64,000 bases of DNA from positions 28,398,001 to 28,462,000 of the forward strand of contig NC_087250.1 in the NCBI RefSeq assembly GCF_037042905.1, read 5' to 3'. Shown in pieces: positions 38,999 to 52,382 of the stretch (the stretch's first letter is position 1; each line of letters begins with the position of its first letter). The notes under the pieces were generated by a model. The model worked only from the letters and a program-made list of their open reading frames with translations, was not told where the DNA came from and searched no databases. A program made the translations under genes and the position numbers. The stretch comes from Lytechinus pictus (taxonomy: Eukaryota).

Positions 38999-41666
38999 CA
39001 GGACAAGAAAACAGAAGATCAGCCCAAAGACTCTACCTCAGAATTGATTTCCCCAATCTTACACACCCGCTATTACTTGCATAGGAAATAAAGAAATTTG
39101 TACATTTCAGCATTAGAAGCTTTATTATGGCGACACTGAGAACATTATGAAACCTGACAAAGATGTCAGAAGAGGAGATGAGCAAACATTGAAGCATTGG
39201 TCTCTGCCTTTTAATAAAAATGCTTGTACATGACTGTATTTTTTAGATTAATTGTATTTATAGATTCATGCTTACAAGTGATTTTTTCATATCAGTTCGT
39301 GATTCAGTGTTACACCCCTCCCCCTCCCCCTTCTCCCTCTCTCTCTCACTCGTTCTCTCCGATGACTATTTGTTTTCCTCCAAAACCGTATAGGGTTACC
39401 CTTTTGGTCAAAGTTGTTAATTATAGGGTCCTTTCATAATGAGCACGAAGGATATGATGACAGTATTATGGACTATATACTTAAGGAGCGTTTGGAATCA
39501 GGACAGTATCGATGAGGACTGCACACGAGATGACGTCACTATGGGCACAGTACACACAGCGCACTTATTTCATATAAGTGAAGTACATAGCGACATGAAA
39601 TATATGCGACAAGTCGTTGAGATGTCGGCTGATGCCTTCAGTCACACCAACGATAGTAATTCCAAACAAACCAACGGTATATCGTCGGACATAATAAAAT
39701 ATCGTTAATCGTTCCTTGATATTTTAGTTGGTGTTACTGTATCATTATTTCTCTATAGAGACTGAGTACCTGCAGTAGCCACATTATCTTATGCATGTGC
39801 ATAAATAATTGCATTTAACATGTTTAAGCACAAGTGAAAAAAGTCAAGCGAGATTGATGATCTTTGGAAGTCTAGTTTCAAGTCTGGATTATCAATCCAG
39901 GTGAGAGCGAGACACCTCGTCTTTAATCTCGAGGTAATTTAGAAAACAAATATCACACTACGAGTCAGGTGAAACAATATATTGAGAATTAGGGCAATGA
40001 TTATAACACCTTGCATACTGCGAAATCGGGAGCCCTTGTCAGGAAGAGATGTGTGTAATGCAACCTAAAAAGAACAAGCGCAAATCTCTCATACACGCAT
40101 TTGATTGGTTGAAAAAAGTTGTGAATGGCTGTTAGAGTTGCGATTGATGGCAATCCTTTATGAAACTGGCCATGCGATTATCTTACTTTCAGAGTCACTC
40201 ACACTCCGTAAATCAATCTTTTCTGACGTTCGTTCATGTTCCCCTTGGGTTTGAATTCAATTTACATGTAAATCAGAATGTCTGCACCTTGTCATCGCTT
40301 TGAAGAATGAGGCTTGTTTTTAGCTTTAATGTTGTAGCCTCTATAGATCTCATAATAGATAGTATTTTCTAACAAGTTCGGGTTATCAGGAAGAGCGACT
40401 ATGAAGCGTTGCTATCCAGGAAAAAAAATGTAATTCTGTATGCATTCGAAGATCGCCTCAAGTAAGGCTGCATTTAAACGCTTTACAATTTACCATGTGC
40501 ACAAATGCTAAAAGTACATTTAAAAATGTATGAATGGTTTGAAATTAAAAAAAAGGGGGAAAGAAAATTGGACATTAAACGAAACGAGAAAGCTATTTCA
40601 AGAGTCAGGTACGAACCCATCTGAAAAAGTAGGGATCGACTTCAACATGAGATGTGGAACTTTTCTTCTCTCAGTTCTATCAGTCTATCGTCAGTGTCAC
40701 ATGGTATGACGTCATTCCATCCTTGCTTTAGGCTGTCATGTCATTGGGGGTGTTGATATAACCCTCCTATGCCTGTCACATAAGAGTGCGTCCATATAAT
40801 ACGAGTGCGTCCATACGATGGAAACATTCCTGATTTTGAAGAAGCGAAATTCCAAGCGGAAATGCTGTTGAAATTTGTTGTACGTGGATTTATCACATTT
40901 TTCCTAATTTCAAAGATACCTTCCAAAAAGTGTCTACCCCTCTGAAATTATCGAACAGGGGCTGCGGAACCAGGAGGGGGGAGGTGGGTCCAAAAACGTC
41001 ACAACGTAGAAATTTCCGTCTAATTGTTATGTTCTGCATGCTCAACCCGACCCCTGGTTAAAACTGATCAAAACTTATCCATTACAAGAGCAAATACTTG
41101 ATAGCTGGCAAATGACATTATCAATGATATGCATTTTGTATAGAGTCATCTGTTTTTTTTTCATGGATGTCAAAACGCTGTATTTCTCCTCGTTTAATTG
41201 CTGTGCAATATATTGTATTGGAATGGGCATTTGATTTTATCATTTAGAGCATAGTGAGATATTGGTCAATATCAAATTCACAGTTATGATCATCATTATC
41301 ATTATCTACAAACTGGCATCACAAACTCGATAGAATGAAAATTAGCTCAATAAAAAATTCAATTCAATTTTGACATCTGGTTTTGGTTTTGGTTTTGGGT
41401 GGCATGTGACCCATGTCACATATACATGTAGTCTAGTACAGCGCGATATGAAAACCTGAATATATCTCTGTATGGACGCACTCTATCCTAGCTTTAGGAG
41501 ATGGATGTTAACATACCGCAGGTTATCACTAGAAGGTATGCTGTAAGGCATGATAATATAAACAGGTTGAGAGATGACAGATATACAAACAAACATACTT
41601 TATCCTATGCATCCTCTTCCTTTTATCAAACTCGTAGTCTTGTCTGGAACCTTGTCCGCCCTTCTA

Positions 41667-41860
41667 CACTGCAAAAACGCCGGTGTAGATTTAACACCAG
41701 CCCGGTATCTATATCGGAAAACACCAGAGAAGTGTTGAAACAACACCAGTTTATAATCAAACCGATATTGTTTTAACACTAACTGGTGTTGCTTTGATGC
41801 TTATCTGGTGTTGGGCTAACGCCGAACTGGTGTTGTTTCAACACCGGCGATTTTGTAGTG
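41667..41860. mobile_element. CACTA/EnSpm-like MITE
   Basis: CACTGCAAAAA...TTTTGTAGTG; homologous to 9767-9991. Confidence 0.75.
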
Positions 41861-42139
41861 CAGAGGTAGAGCAATCCGGACTTCTTAATGTATTTTATTT
41901 TTCATCTTTCATTTGTTCATTTATTCATTCGTTTCCATCCACTTTAAAACACAGAAAGTAGTATAACTAGCTCAAAGATAGGAGAGACTGCAAGAAAAGC
42001 GACCGAGCTTTATCATGTTTATATACATTTATATACGGCTACAGAACAAATAAGATGCGTATATAAAAGCTCATAAGGAATGGATGAAATAATTTATTTT
42101 ACTATGTAAATTCTAAGGCATTGACATTTTGTTACAAAA

Positions 42140-42335
42140 TGATAATAATGATGATGATGACGACAAATACTACTACTAATAATAATAATAATGAAAATAA
42201 TGATATTAATAATACTGATAATAATAATAACAACAGTAGTAGTAATAATAATGATAATGATAATAATAAAATAATGATACTATAGCAATAGTAAAAATGA
42301 AAATAATAACAATGATAATAATAATGATAATAGAG
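42140..42335. repeat. (AAT)n/(GAT)n low-complexity repeat
   Basis: Degenerate trinucleotide run. Confidence 0.9.
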
Positions 42336-43513
42336 ATAACGCTAATTGTTCTCTGCATTTCAATTTAAATGTCAATTTTGGAAATTACAAGAAACGAGAA
42401 GTGTCCATTTGTGTACACACAAATGAATAAACCAAACCTGTATCACTATCTTCATCATAAAAAAATGACCATGTTGTCTATCTAACGCATTTGGCCTGTA
42501 CACGTTTCAACATCTGAAATTGATATTGAAAGTTTACATGACTGATATATTCATGTAATTGTGAAGTTACAACTGAAATACTATTACTTTTTTTTATACA
42601 TTTAATGAATAAGTTTTAAATGTAACCTACTGTTAGATTTTGTCTTCACTGTACAGTTGAAATTTCTTTTTAATGTAGACCTCATCAATTTCCGTCTAAT
42701 ACAGCCGACTCTCTTTGATTAGGTTAATATACCCATTTTATACTGTAAGTCACTTGGTAAGGAGTCAGTCATCGGTGTATGAATTAAGAAATTGCCCCCA
42801 ATAAGGTTAATAGCCATTAGAGTTAAGTGGATCCGGAGACCTTTCACACGGCATTTAATATTATTTGTGTATATCGCTCAGATTTGTTTGGCGGCATTTG
42901 ACTTTTCAAAGTGATTGCTGATTCTAAACCGTCGAGGTAGATAGCTTTATGACCGTATTCTGAAATCCAGTTTTACTCAAGCAAAGATCAAAACTCCGTG
43001 CGAAAATAATGGGAAGCCGAAAATATCAATTTTCTTTTTAGATTGTGCAGCATGCATGTTTGTGATGTTCACTGTTGTCACATAGTGAGTAGGCATAAAA
43101 AAGCTTGACCCCATTAGTATTTTTTTTTCATTGTACAAACCTTTTTGATTTGCGATTTGAATGTCATTGATAAAATTGATTTCATTAACTAATTATTGCA
43201 GGGAACCCATACTAACAAGCTCTGCTTTCTAGTGTGTTTCCTTTTTCTCATTTCTGTATAAATTAGATTTTTGTGTTTTGCCTTACATTGTAATTTTTGT
43301 TGAATTTTGGAATGAAAAAAAGAATAAATGCAATCAATCAATCTCTTTCCTCACTTTGTTGTGTGTCAAATAAGTTGTACAATTAAACCTGAAATGCTAT
43401 AGATTAAATAAATCTTTGGTTATTCAGACCATAGATTGTGTGTCTACATTCAATACGGGCTCAATTCGTCACTTTCAAAATTCAAAATCATGAATATAAG
43501 TATAATTGATGGG

Positions 43514-43808
43514 TAATGATAATAATAATACCAACATGCTTACATGTATATAGCGCATATCACTGCCAAATGCGTCCCTATGCGCTTAATTGGATATTAT
43601 TACTCTTGCTTTAGCCCCGCAGCCTTTTACAGAGCGGTGGCATTTCAAGGAATAAATTCCTGCCAGGTACCCATATACCTCACCTGGGTCGAGTGCAGCA
43701 CAATGTGGATACATTTCTTTCCGAGGGAAATTACTTCATGGCTGGGATTCGAACTCACGACCATCTGTTTCAAACTCCGAAGACTAATCCACTGGTCCAC
43801 AACGCTCC
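43514..43808 (-). mobile_element. tRNA-derived SINE, family A, near full length
   Basis: Minus strand: GGAGCGTTGTGGACCAGTGG (A box), GTTCGAATCCC (B box), same central domain as 12289, (tta)n tail. Confidence 0.85.
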
Positions 43809-46800
43809 ACAATGCGGTATTAATGCGGTGAACTCACATCTGAAAAGCTTTTTACTTTCATCCCATCATCCCAGCCGACTTTCATGATTGATATTACGAG
43901 AAAAAAAATCAATATTTATCGGAACGGTTTCGGAGATTTTTTTGTCTTGTTTTGTTTAGTTTTCTCCAGATTTTAGGTTTGGTATTGAAATGAAAATGCA
44001 ATATAATGACTACCATATTGCAAAAAGATGTATCTGAACTTAAAAATAAGAGACTGAAACACGATGTTAAAACGGGAATGCACCAATCTAGGACACCATA
44101 TAAGTGTAACTGACGTGTGTATATAAAAATATTGGTTACAAACATATAAATAATTGAAACATAACGAGTAATTTGATTCATATTGAAATCATTAATATAC
44201 ATCATCAATATCGCTATCTATGAATTCTTCATTTCCATGAATACACCACTGAATGTTTTTCTTTGATTAACATTTTCCAAACATAACTTTGTCATGCTGA
44301 ATATCACACATGGAGAATGAGAAATAATACTTCTGTGTCTATTAGATTTTACCTCAAATTTTCCCTTTTAAACTATTGTTAATGGAATATGACCTAATGC
44401 CTTAACAACTAAAACTAATGTTTCACTTATCATGATCATTGTCATATGAATTCAACTTCGACTAATTTTATGCGTTCCGAAAAAAATTTGCCATGATTTT
44501 GCTTTCCATTCGTATTTCAGGAAAAGTGGTCAAACGACTGACCACGTATTTCTCTTTCCCACCATACACACATCCAAACACACCCTCCCACACACACATA
44601 CTTCCTGCACTCTCTCTCTCTTTCTCTCTCATGTCATGCCTCTGTCTTGTATCGCTACATTTCCCTCTTCATCTCTCTCCCCCTCTCTCTCGCTCTCTTT
44701 CCATTTCTTTAAATATTCCATATATTCTCTCTATATATCTGTGTTTAAGCCGGTATTGTCGGTTTGTTTCATGTTGTTTTTATAGACAAGTGTCAGTCTC
44801 CTTGCATTCAAAGTTGACTCGAATGTCATGTGGGATAACAGTCTAGGAGATATTCTGTCCACTCGTCATGAAAACTTTGAAAATCAGAAAAAAAATGCAT
44901 TGCACCCGCGATTTACTCTAAGTTCAAACAAAAATGATTTTCACACCAATTGAAAATACTTGATTATGCACAAATTCTCACCAACGTATAAACATAAAAC
45001 ACGAAATACAAACGCACCATAGCGATAATTTGAAAATCTGATCATCAAGAAATGATGTTTAATTAAAGGAACGAAGGAATGTATTCAATTTAATTTAGTT
45101 CATACTCATTTAACCATTTACTTTACAATGTATATTTACGAGGGAAACGCATACAAACAACTGGAAATTAACACTAAAGTTCAGTTTTTCCTACTGAATT
45201 GAAAAATTTGTGTAAATTAGAATATTTGGAATATTACTTAGATTCATTGTGTGAGTATCTCGTTCTAGAGTCAACATCTGAATCAAAATGAGATTAGCTT
45301 GACAATAATAAATTAGTATTAATCTGCTTTATAATAAATAATCTGTGGAAGTAATTACATTTTTTTCCTTCAAATTATTGTGAACAGTGCGGTAAAACGG
45401 TGATATTTTGTATGAGCGCTATGTTAATTCATATATTATTATGATAATTATTATCATTATAATTATGATTATAAACATCATCATTATTCCTATTTATACA
45501 TGGATGCAATACACATTCATATCTGAGCATAGCGGAGTTTGCTTATCATGCCGGACGAGAAACTGTATTTTGAGACAGAATTTTCCATGACATTGGCGAG
45601 ACAAGTGACCTATATCAATATCTGAACATAGTAGCTAAATTCTAAGTTAATATCCAGTTCACAAAAAGCGGTTCCGCTTTCGAATGTAACTTTGATAATC
45701 CTTTTCCCTAAGGCTAACTATTTCTCATCTCTTACTACCTCTCTCACCCCTATATCAATCCATTATGCAGTTATGTGTATCATCTGACATTTACTGTGAT
45801 GCGATCTTTGTTGAATTTCGAAAATTCATTGTTTTATTTATACTATTTTTGAGCATTCTGCTTGTCTTTTTCTTCACCTCTTTTTTATTTCTGGTTAATC
45901 ATGGTCTTTCTCTATACGTTTTTTGTTTCCGCTTTCATTCTCTGTATTTTACTTACCCTACTTATTCTACTTACCCTATTATTTTCTATAGTTTTTTCTT
46001 TTCTCTCTCGTACCCTTTCTCCTCGTTTTGATTCGTCTTCATATTGATCTAGTTGATATTGGTGTCTTGGTTGCGTGCAATTACATTATTTGAAATGAGC
46101 GGGCATTATTAACCAATCATTTCTGCCCTCCCCTTCTCTGCATTTTCCCTTTTTACATAATCATTTGCTTATTTTGATGTCTCTTCTTTCTCGTATCCTT
46201 TCTTTTCGTTTTCGTCTTCAAATTGAACTCGGATTCGTAGTTGCACGCAGACTGACTTTATTTGAAATGAGCGCGCACATTATCCATCAACCAGATTAAG
46301 CGTTAAACATTCTGTGCGCGTAAGCATACATTCAAGTCAAACTCATCTTTTTTTTATGAGCAGCACTCGTACGAGGTACACTATTACTTCATCGCCGTTC
46401 ACGTTGTTTAGCTTATTGTTTCTACTAATACCCACTGAGAGAATTAGTCCTGCACGAGGTAGGTCTTCAATTAGCGAACCTACTCACTCTTCTTGATAAA
46501 ATATGAATAAACACTTCTACCACTGGTCGTCACGTTCTTTTAAAGAGTCTGCGATGATTGATCTCTAATAAAACCCACACGTTAAAATGTTTAACACCTC
46601 CATTCCACGTGGCCTCCTAATAGCTTCCACTCGATACATCTCTCACCAATGTGCACTTACTCTTGAGATGGAAACAGAAAAGATCAATTACCATGGCAAC
46701 TGTCACATCCTTTTATTTGATGATAGACATGGAGAGGAAGCTTTAAACCAGTAGATAGTGAAGTGATAATTTACATTATTCTATGCCTGTTAGACTCTGC

Positions 46801-47411
46801 TTAAGACAAAGGACGTATACTCCTAAAATATACCTTGTTATCACGCTCTTTGATCTTCGGTTACCGCAGTAGCGAAAATGTGTCATCTACCGTAGATGTT
46901 AACCCAGTATTTATTATACCTCAAAACATTACATCCTTATACATCATATTTATTTCTATAAATTATGTTTTACCTTCTTATTGATATTTAGAACTAAAAA
47001 CGACAGATTTAAAGGAGGCAACCGGAATACTATGTTTCAATGGTTACATGATACTATCTTATGAAGATATGAACAGAGTTGTCTGGGGTTTTTTTTATTC
47101 ATTGTATTAATCAGAACGGCAATGGATTGTTGATTAATCAACCATTTCATATTGATTATCTAATTAATTAATTGACTAATTTTGTATTATCATTTCTTTT
47201 TTTGAGGGTGAGATGCCGATTAAAAGCATCTTATTAAATAAATTAAATAATCCCTACTGAAAATCTGTCACAACAGCGTCACTGGTAAGAAATTTCCCTT
47301 GGAATTGCAAGAATTCATCTAAGAATGAAATTAAATATCTCTCAAAGACATACATCTTTCGATGTTGTGTGCTTGTGTCCGTTAGTGCATATTGGGTGGG
47401 GTGTCCTTAGG

Positions 47412-47618
47412 GGTTTTATGACATATGATCCGGCGACAAATGCTCCGCTGCAAATTCCACACATGAACGGAATGAGCATGTCAACCCTTAATTTACCATT
47501 ATATCATTTTCCTAATCTAATCCTAAACATTACATAAAACCTTGATACAACCCTAATCCTATATCTTAGATTAAATAAAGCTCGAAGCAATTGTCGCCGG
47601 AGCAAGTGTCGTGTCATC
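47412..47618. mobile_element. MITE with telomere-like (cctaa) interior, possibly MuDR-like
   Basis: TIRs tgacatatgatccggcgacaaatgctcc / gaagcaattgtcgccggagcaagtgtc; flanks gtccttag / gtcccaag resemble an 8-bp TSD. Confidence 0.55.
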
Positions 47619-47868
47619 GTCCCAAGTAAGTACATGTATGCAAGTGATTCGGGTCGGGACTTTCGAACTTTCTTCTTTTGTTGTTGTTGTTGTTTCGGGG
47701 GGGGGGCGCGAAAATGCATACGTGGGATAATGTTAAAGAAAGAGGCATCCATAGCTAGTAAACAAGGCATTGGTTACCCCGTAGGGTCGGCAGGGGCAAG
47801 GCTCGGGAAGCCGCTGGGAAGGAAAGCGCGTCGTATTTCTGAAGTGGTCTCAGAAACTAAGAAGAGCA

Positions 47869-48646
47869 TTACGTTAATACATGAGTAGCGTTTAAGAGGA
47901 GGGCATGATAAATCGTATAAGTATTTTCTTGCTCAAAATCTACTTTAACTTGAGGTTCTCTATAGGATGAAGGTGTAACAGAATAGATTTTGAGAATGTG
48001 CTCTTGGAAATAACGAGTGTAATAGATAACGCATGCAAAAACAAAGCAAGTGACAATTGTCAGCAGTTTTTTATCTTCCAAATGGTCTTAGTATTTAAAT
48101 ATAGCCAAATACAGATTCGGATTTCCGACGTCAAGTTTATTCCTTCTATTCAGCTTCATAAATATGCAATAGAATCGGCAAATACGAATTAATCGCATAA
48201 AATACGAAAGCACTACAAATATACTGTATTCTTTTTAGTGGATAAGAATTATCTAGACGTATTCTTGTTTTCTTCTTGGCGATTTGTCGGAGGCATTAGT
48301 TTACTATAGACCACATTGTACTCGTCGTTCAATACAGTACCGAGGGAAGTGAAACCTAGCACATCCTTTAACCCTATCACACCTGTAACATATCACAGGA
48401 CATGCGTTTGTAGAAACAATGGCAGGCTGTGGGTTAAATGCAAAGGCGTCCTAGTTTGTGATAGCCAACCGTTTGTTGAAAAGCCCTGGTGTATATGTAA
48501 CATTGTATACTCCGTGTAAGGCTTCAGGCTTGAGAAGGGGTAGGTTTCTTTGAACAATCCCAATGATACTGTTTTGTAATAATAGTTGTCGCTCGATCTA
48601 CTTAAGAACTAACCGAGCTTCTTTCACACGTGATATAGTCTCATCG
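47869..48646 (-). pseudogene. Degenerate intronless fibronectin type III (x2) plus transmembrane protein remnant
   Basis: Manual minus-strand translation across frameshifts: YYYKTVSLGLFKETYPFSSLKPYTEY/NVTYTPGLFNKRLAITN*DA...; YPL/KKNTVY/FVFYAINSY; then KKLLTIVTCFVFACVIYYTRY and a Tyr-containing tail. Confidence 0.45.
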
Positions 48647-49574
48647 GGATTTAAGGGATCTTTTTTATTGTTTTAAGGATGTTTTATTGCATTCTCTCAA
48701 ATCAAAATACACATTCCATTTACAAGTTTTACCAATTATTTGAAATACGATTATAAATTATACAATAAATCCATATCTCATATAATATAATTATACAAAT
48801 TATACATCAAACTTCAGAGATACTGGAAATCAATATTTTATTGATTATTTCGTATCATCGATAGATTAATTATAATGAAAGGCATAATTCTGACGTTGCC
48901 CTACTTAAATGGGATATTACAGATGATGGTCATTAACAAGAAAGAAAAGAGGATCAACGTATTTACTGATGTTCTTTAAAAGTAAAATAAGTAAAATGTT
49001 AAATCGTCCTGTAAGTTTTAATAATAAAAAAAAATGCGCTGTTGGGGCTAGTGAAACCTGGACATCTGTTCAGTGATACTGATACATCCTGTAATTTAAT
49101 TTGAGGGGAAAATGATACTGCTTATCGATTGCTCGATACTGTCTATCGATTGCTCGATAACATGAATTGGCTTGTTCCCTATTGCAGCCGATAGTGAGAG
49201 GACAATAAACTATGTCTGAAAGTACCCCCTTAAACGAAGACACCGCTCGCTGTATTGCTTCAGGGATGATCAAATTACATGTAGGTTATGATCGATATTC
49301 ATTTAAATACAAGGGATTGAAAGAAGGCACGACTGGGTACGTATTGTGTGAAAGATTTTCCACTTCTGGAAGATTGTACTTGTCCGCTTATTAGGGGCCA
49401 TTTTTCACAATAAATAACTTTCAGATGTATACATTTACAGCATTAGGTTCATTCAGCTTAGAAATATTATAACGTTAATTCTGCCGATGATTTTATTTCG
49501 GTTATGTAAATTAAACGTTTTGAAGGCGTCTCTAAGGGATGCCCGATAGGACCCGACTAATTTGTTGTAGTCTT

Positions 49575-49755
49575 GTTGTTCTGAATCTCGTATTTAAAAC
49601 AAAGGGTTGTGGGTTCGAATCCCAGCCATGGCGCTACTTCCTTCAGCAATAAATTGATCCACATGGTGATGCACCCAAGGAAGATGAAATAGTACCTGCT
49701 AAAATTATTTCCAAAAGCTGCATTTCCCAGTTAAAGCCGGGGTAACATATTGCAC
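49575..49755 (+). mobile_element. tRNA-derived SINE, family A, degenerate
   Basis: gtgggttcgaatcccagccatggcg...ttccttcagcaa matches the other copies. Confidence 0.7.
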
Positions 49756-49881
49756 TATTGATAGGAAAAAGGAGAGTTGGCACTTCATAAATGCGATATT
49801 TACATGGCTGTTAAGAAAATATATAACAATATAATGCTGAAAAGAGTCAGCTTTTGGTCCTGTCTCATTTTCTACTTATTT

Positions 49882-49918
<37 letters not shown>

Positions 49919-50899
49919 ATTTTCATTTTTTAATTCTGGTGCAACTGTTTAGATTTGCGACGCACACCAAATTGATTAAAATAACAATCGCCAGTCGTTA
50001 TCGATTTAAAATGTTATCAATCCAAAGAGAGAGAGAGAGAGAGAGAAAGAAAACAAATCTTAAAATCTTACTCAGTACTATATTTGATGAAGAGAACGTG
50101 CATGTTTATTGTGGGACAGCTATACCTTCTTTTACTGCCTGGCAGGGTAACAAGTCAAAACATATCGAATACGTATTGATTTTGTAATGAAAACTGAAAC
50201 TTGAGGGCGCTATACAAGGTCAAGTCAAGTGTCTATTACTCCAGCCAATCGATTATTACTGTCCCTCAAGATTTGCATGAGATTGTTTATCAGGAGTCCG
50301 TTTCACAAATTTATGCGATAGATTCTACTAATGACTTGTACTTCTGATTACACATAATTACAATCGTATGGAAACGATTAGTTGCTAAATAGATTTAGAT
50401 TGACCTGATTTTAGAATGTTGGTTGTATTTACCTCCGTATTATTATGAGTTCGAGGTCATCCTTGATTGCTTTAGATCTAAACGCCGACCGAAACGACAA
50501 AAAATAAACAAAATCAACCACTCGTAAAAGTAGGGCAATATAAATGGCGTACGGCTGGTGAGTGTGCCCGTATTTGTCACAAATCGGTTAGCATTTGTTA
50601 AAAAAAATTAACGTCTAGGTAAACATTTTTCTATGTTTTAGAATGGAATTTCTGCCAGTTGTTTCCTCTAGATAAAAACAGAGTAGAGTTGTACCCATGG
50701 GAATTTCCTTTAGTTGTCTTCTGAAAGGGCTACATGAATTGTATTAAGAGTGACAGCTGTTTCTTATGTTTAATTAATGCTTAATTATTGAAGTCCATTT
50801 GGTCGAAAATAATATTCATGACGTCATAATTAGAGTGTGTGGGCTGTGTGCGTGTGTGCTTACTTGTGTTATATTTGGTGTATGGTGTTTTATTTGGCA

Positions 50900-52382
50900 T
50901 ATAATGTGGGTAAAAAGACTTTTGTATGGAGAAAAAAATCTGGGGTGGAAGTTATTTTTTCATTATTTCCTAAGTTCAGTTGGGGGAGGTTAATTTTTTT
51001 ATGAGATTATGAAATGAAAAAGATAAAAAGTAAGTTGAAGATTCCATCGTATTATTTGGAAATGCTAGATGCTTGGCAAGAGATCGATAATTTAAGACAT
51101 TTTAATGGTTCTAAAATCCAATCATTTTCAATAATAAGAATATTTGTATAGAAAATAAGATGATATTTGATATAGATTTATTAGAACGAGGGTTAATTAA
51201 GGTGGAACATATCATTGACAATGGACATGTTAAACCAGTCGCATACTTTTTGAACATTGGTATGGGAAGTGATCATTTGTTTACAATAGGTGAAATATAT
51301 CATGCAATTCAAAGTGATTGGAGAACTGATTTAGGTTCGATACAATTTTGTGAGATAGACTTAATTAACTATAATATAAACTTGCTTCTGTTGGGGAGGG
51401 AAATTAGCTTTAAGGAAGTACCATCAAGAAAAATATATGATTATTTTATTAAAGAATTGCAAAAGTCATATGATTTACAGATAAGAGGTGGACAAAATAA
51501 TTATAATTATCCAGAGAAAGAAATTGGTGAACGTTTTTTTAGACCAAGAATAACATTATTGATTGGGAGACAGAGAGAATTTCAATTTAAGCTACTGCAT
51601 GGGGCAATTTACACTAAAGTGAATTTGTTTAGATTTGGATTTGTTGAAGATAATCTCTGTTCGTACTGTAAACGGAAACGTAAACATATTCACATATATT
51701 TTTGTCTTGCTTAAAGGTTACTGATATGGTAAACTTTGATACAGCGATTTGAATTAGAAGAAATAAAGGACTTGAATTGGCGGGATATATTTGTTGGTCT
51801 GTCAGGCAATACAAATAGAATAAAAAGTTGTTATACTATTATCTTTATGGTAATTATATATATTTAGAAAGGAGGGGGTATTACCAACCATTGACGATAT
51901 ACATACACGTATTTTAGAATATAAGGATCAAGAAAAAAATAGCTATTAAAATGGGGAAATTAGGGCGGCACTTGCAAAAATGGGAAACAGTAAAATTATG
52001 ACAAGGTTAAGTTTGTAAGTCTTTATTTACTTTCAATATATGTAATGCTTCTCCCGTGAGCTTGTTATATTCAAAATTGTTCATCGAATTGTTTTGTACT
52101 TATAAACATGATTTATTTATGATGAGTGTGAGCAGATCTTCTGGAAGAGTGGTGTGATGTGTGTGTGTTGGGGCGGGGTGGGGAGGGGGAAGATTGGTGT
52201 TTAAGCATTTTTATAATAACTGATTTCATTGTTTTCGTTTAAGATATATATGATTCATGATTATATTAAGTTAGTGAAAAAAGTGAAAATATGAAATGTA
52301 AAGTATATGTGATTTGAAATGTTAAATTGTTATGTAACTATTTGTTCATGAAATCAGAATGAAAAAAAGTATTAAAAAAAAA
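50900..52382 (+). mobile_element. Tx1/L1-clade LINE 3' fragment (decayed ORF2 C-terminus plus 3' UTR)
   Basis: IMWVKRLL...YYLEMLDAW...REFQFKLLHGAIYTKVNLFRFGFVEDNLCSYCK...HIF (zf-RVT-like)...HLQKWE with frameshifts; A-rich end. Confidence 0.8.

Noticed and set aside
49212..49394. 60-aa ORF with GLKEGT, faintly FN3-like
   Set aside because: Motif incomplete and on the opposite strand to the 48-kb relic; probably chance.
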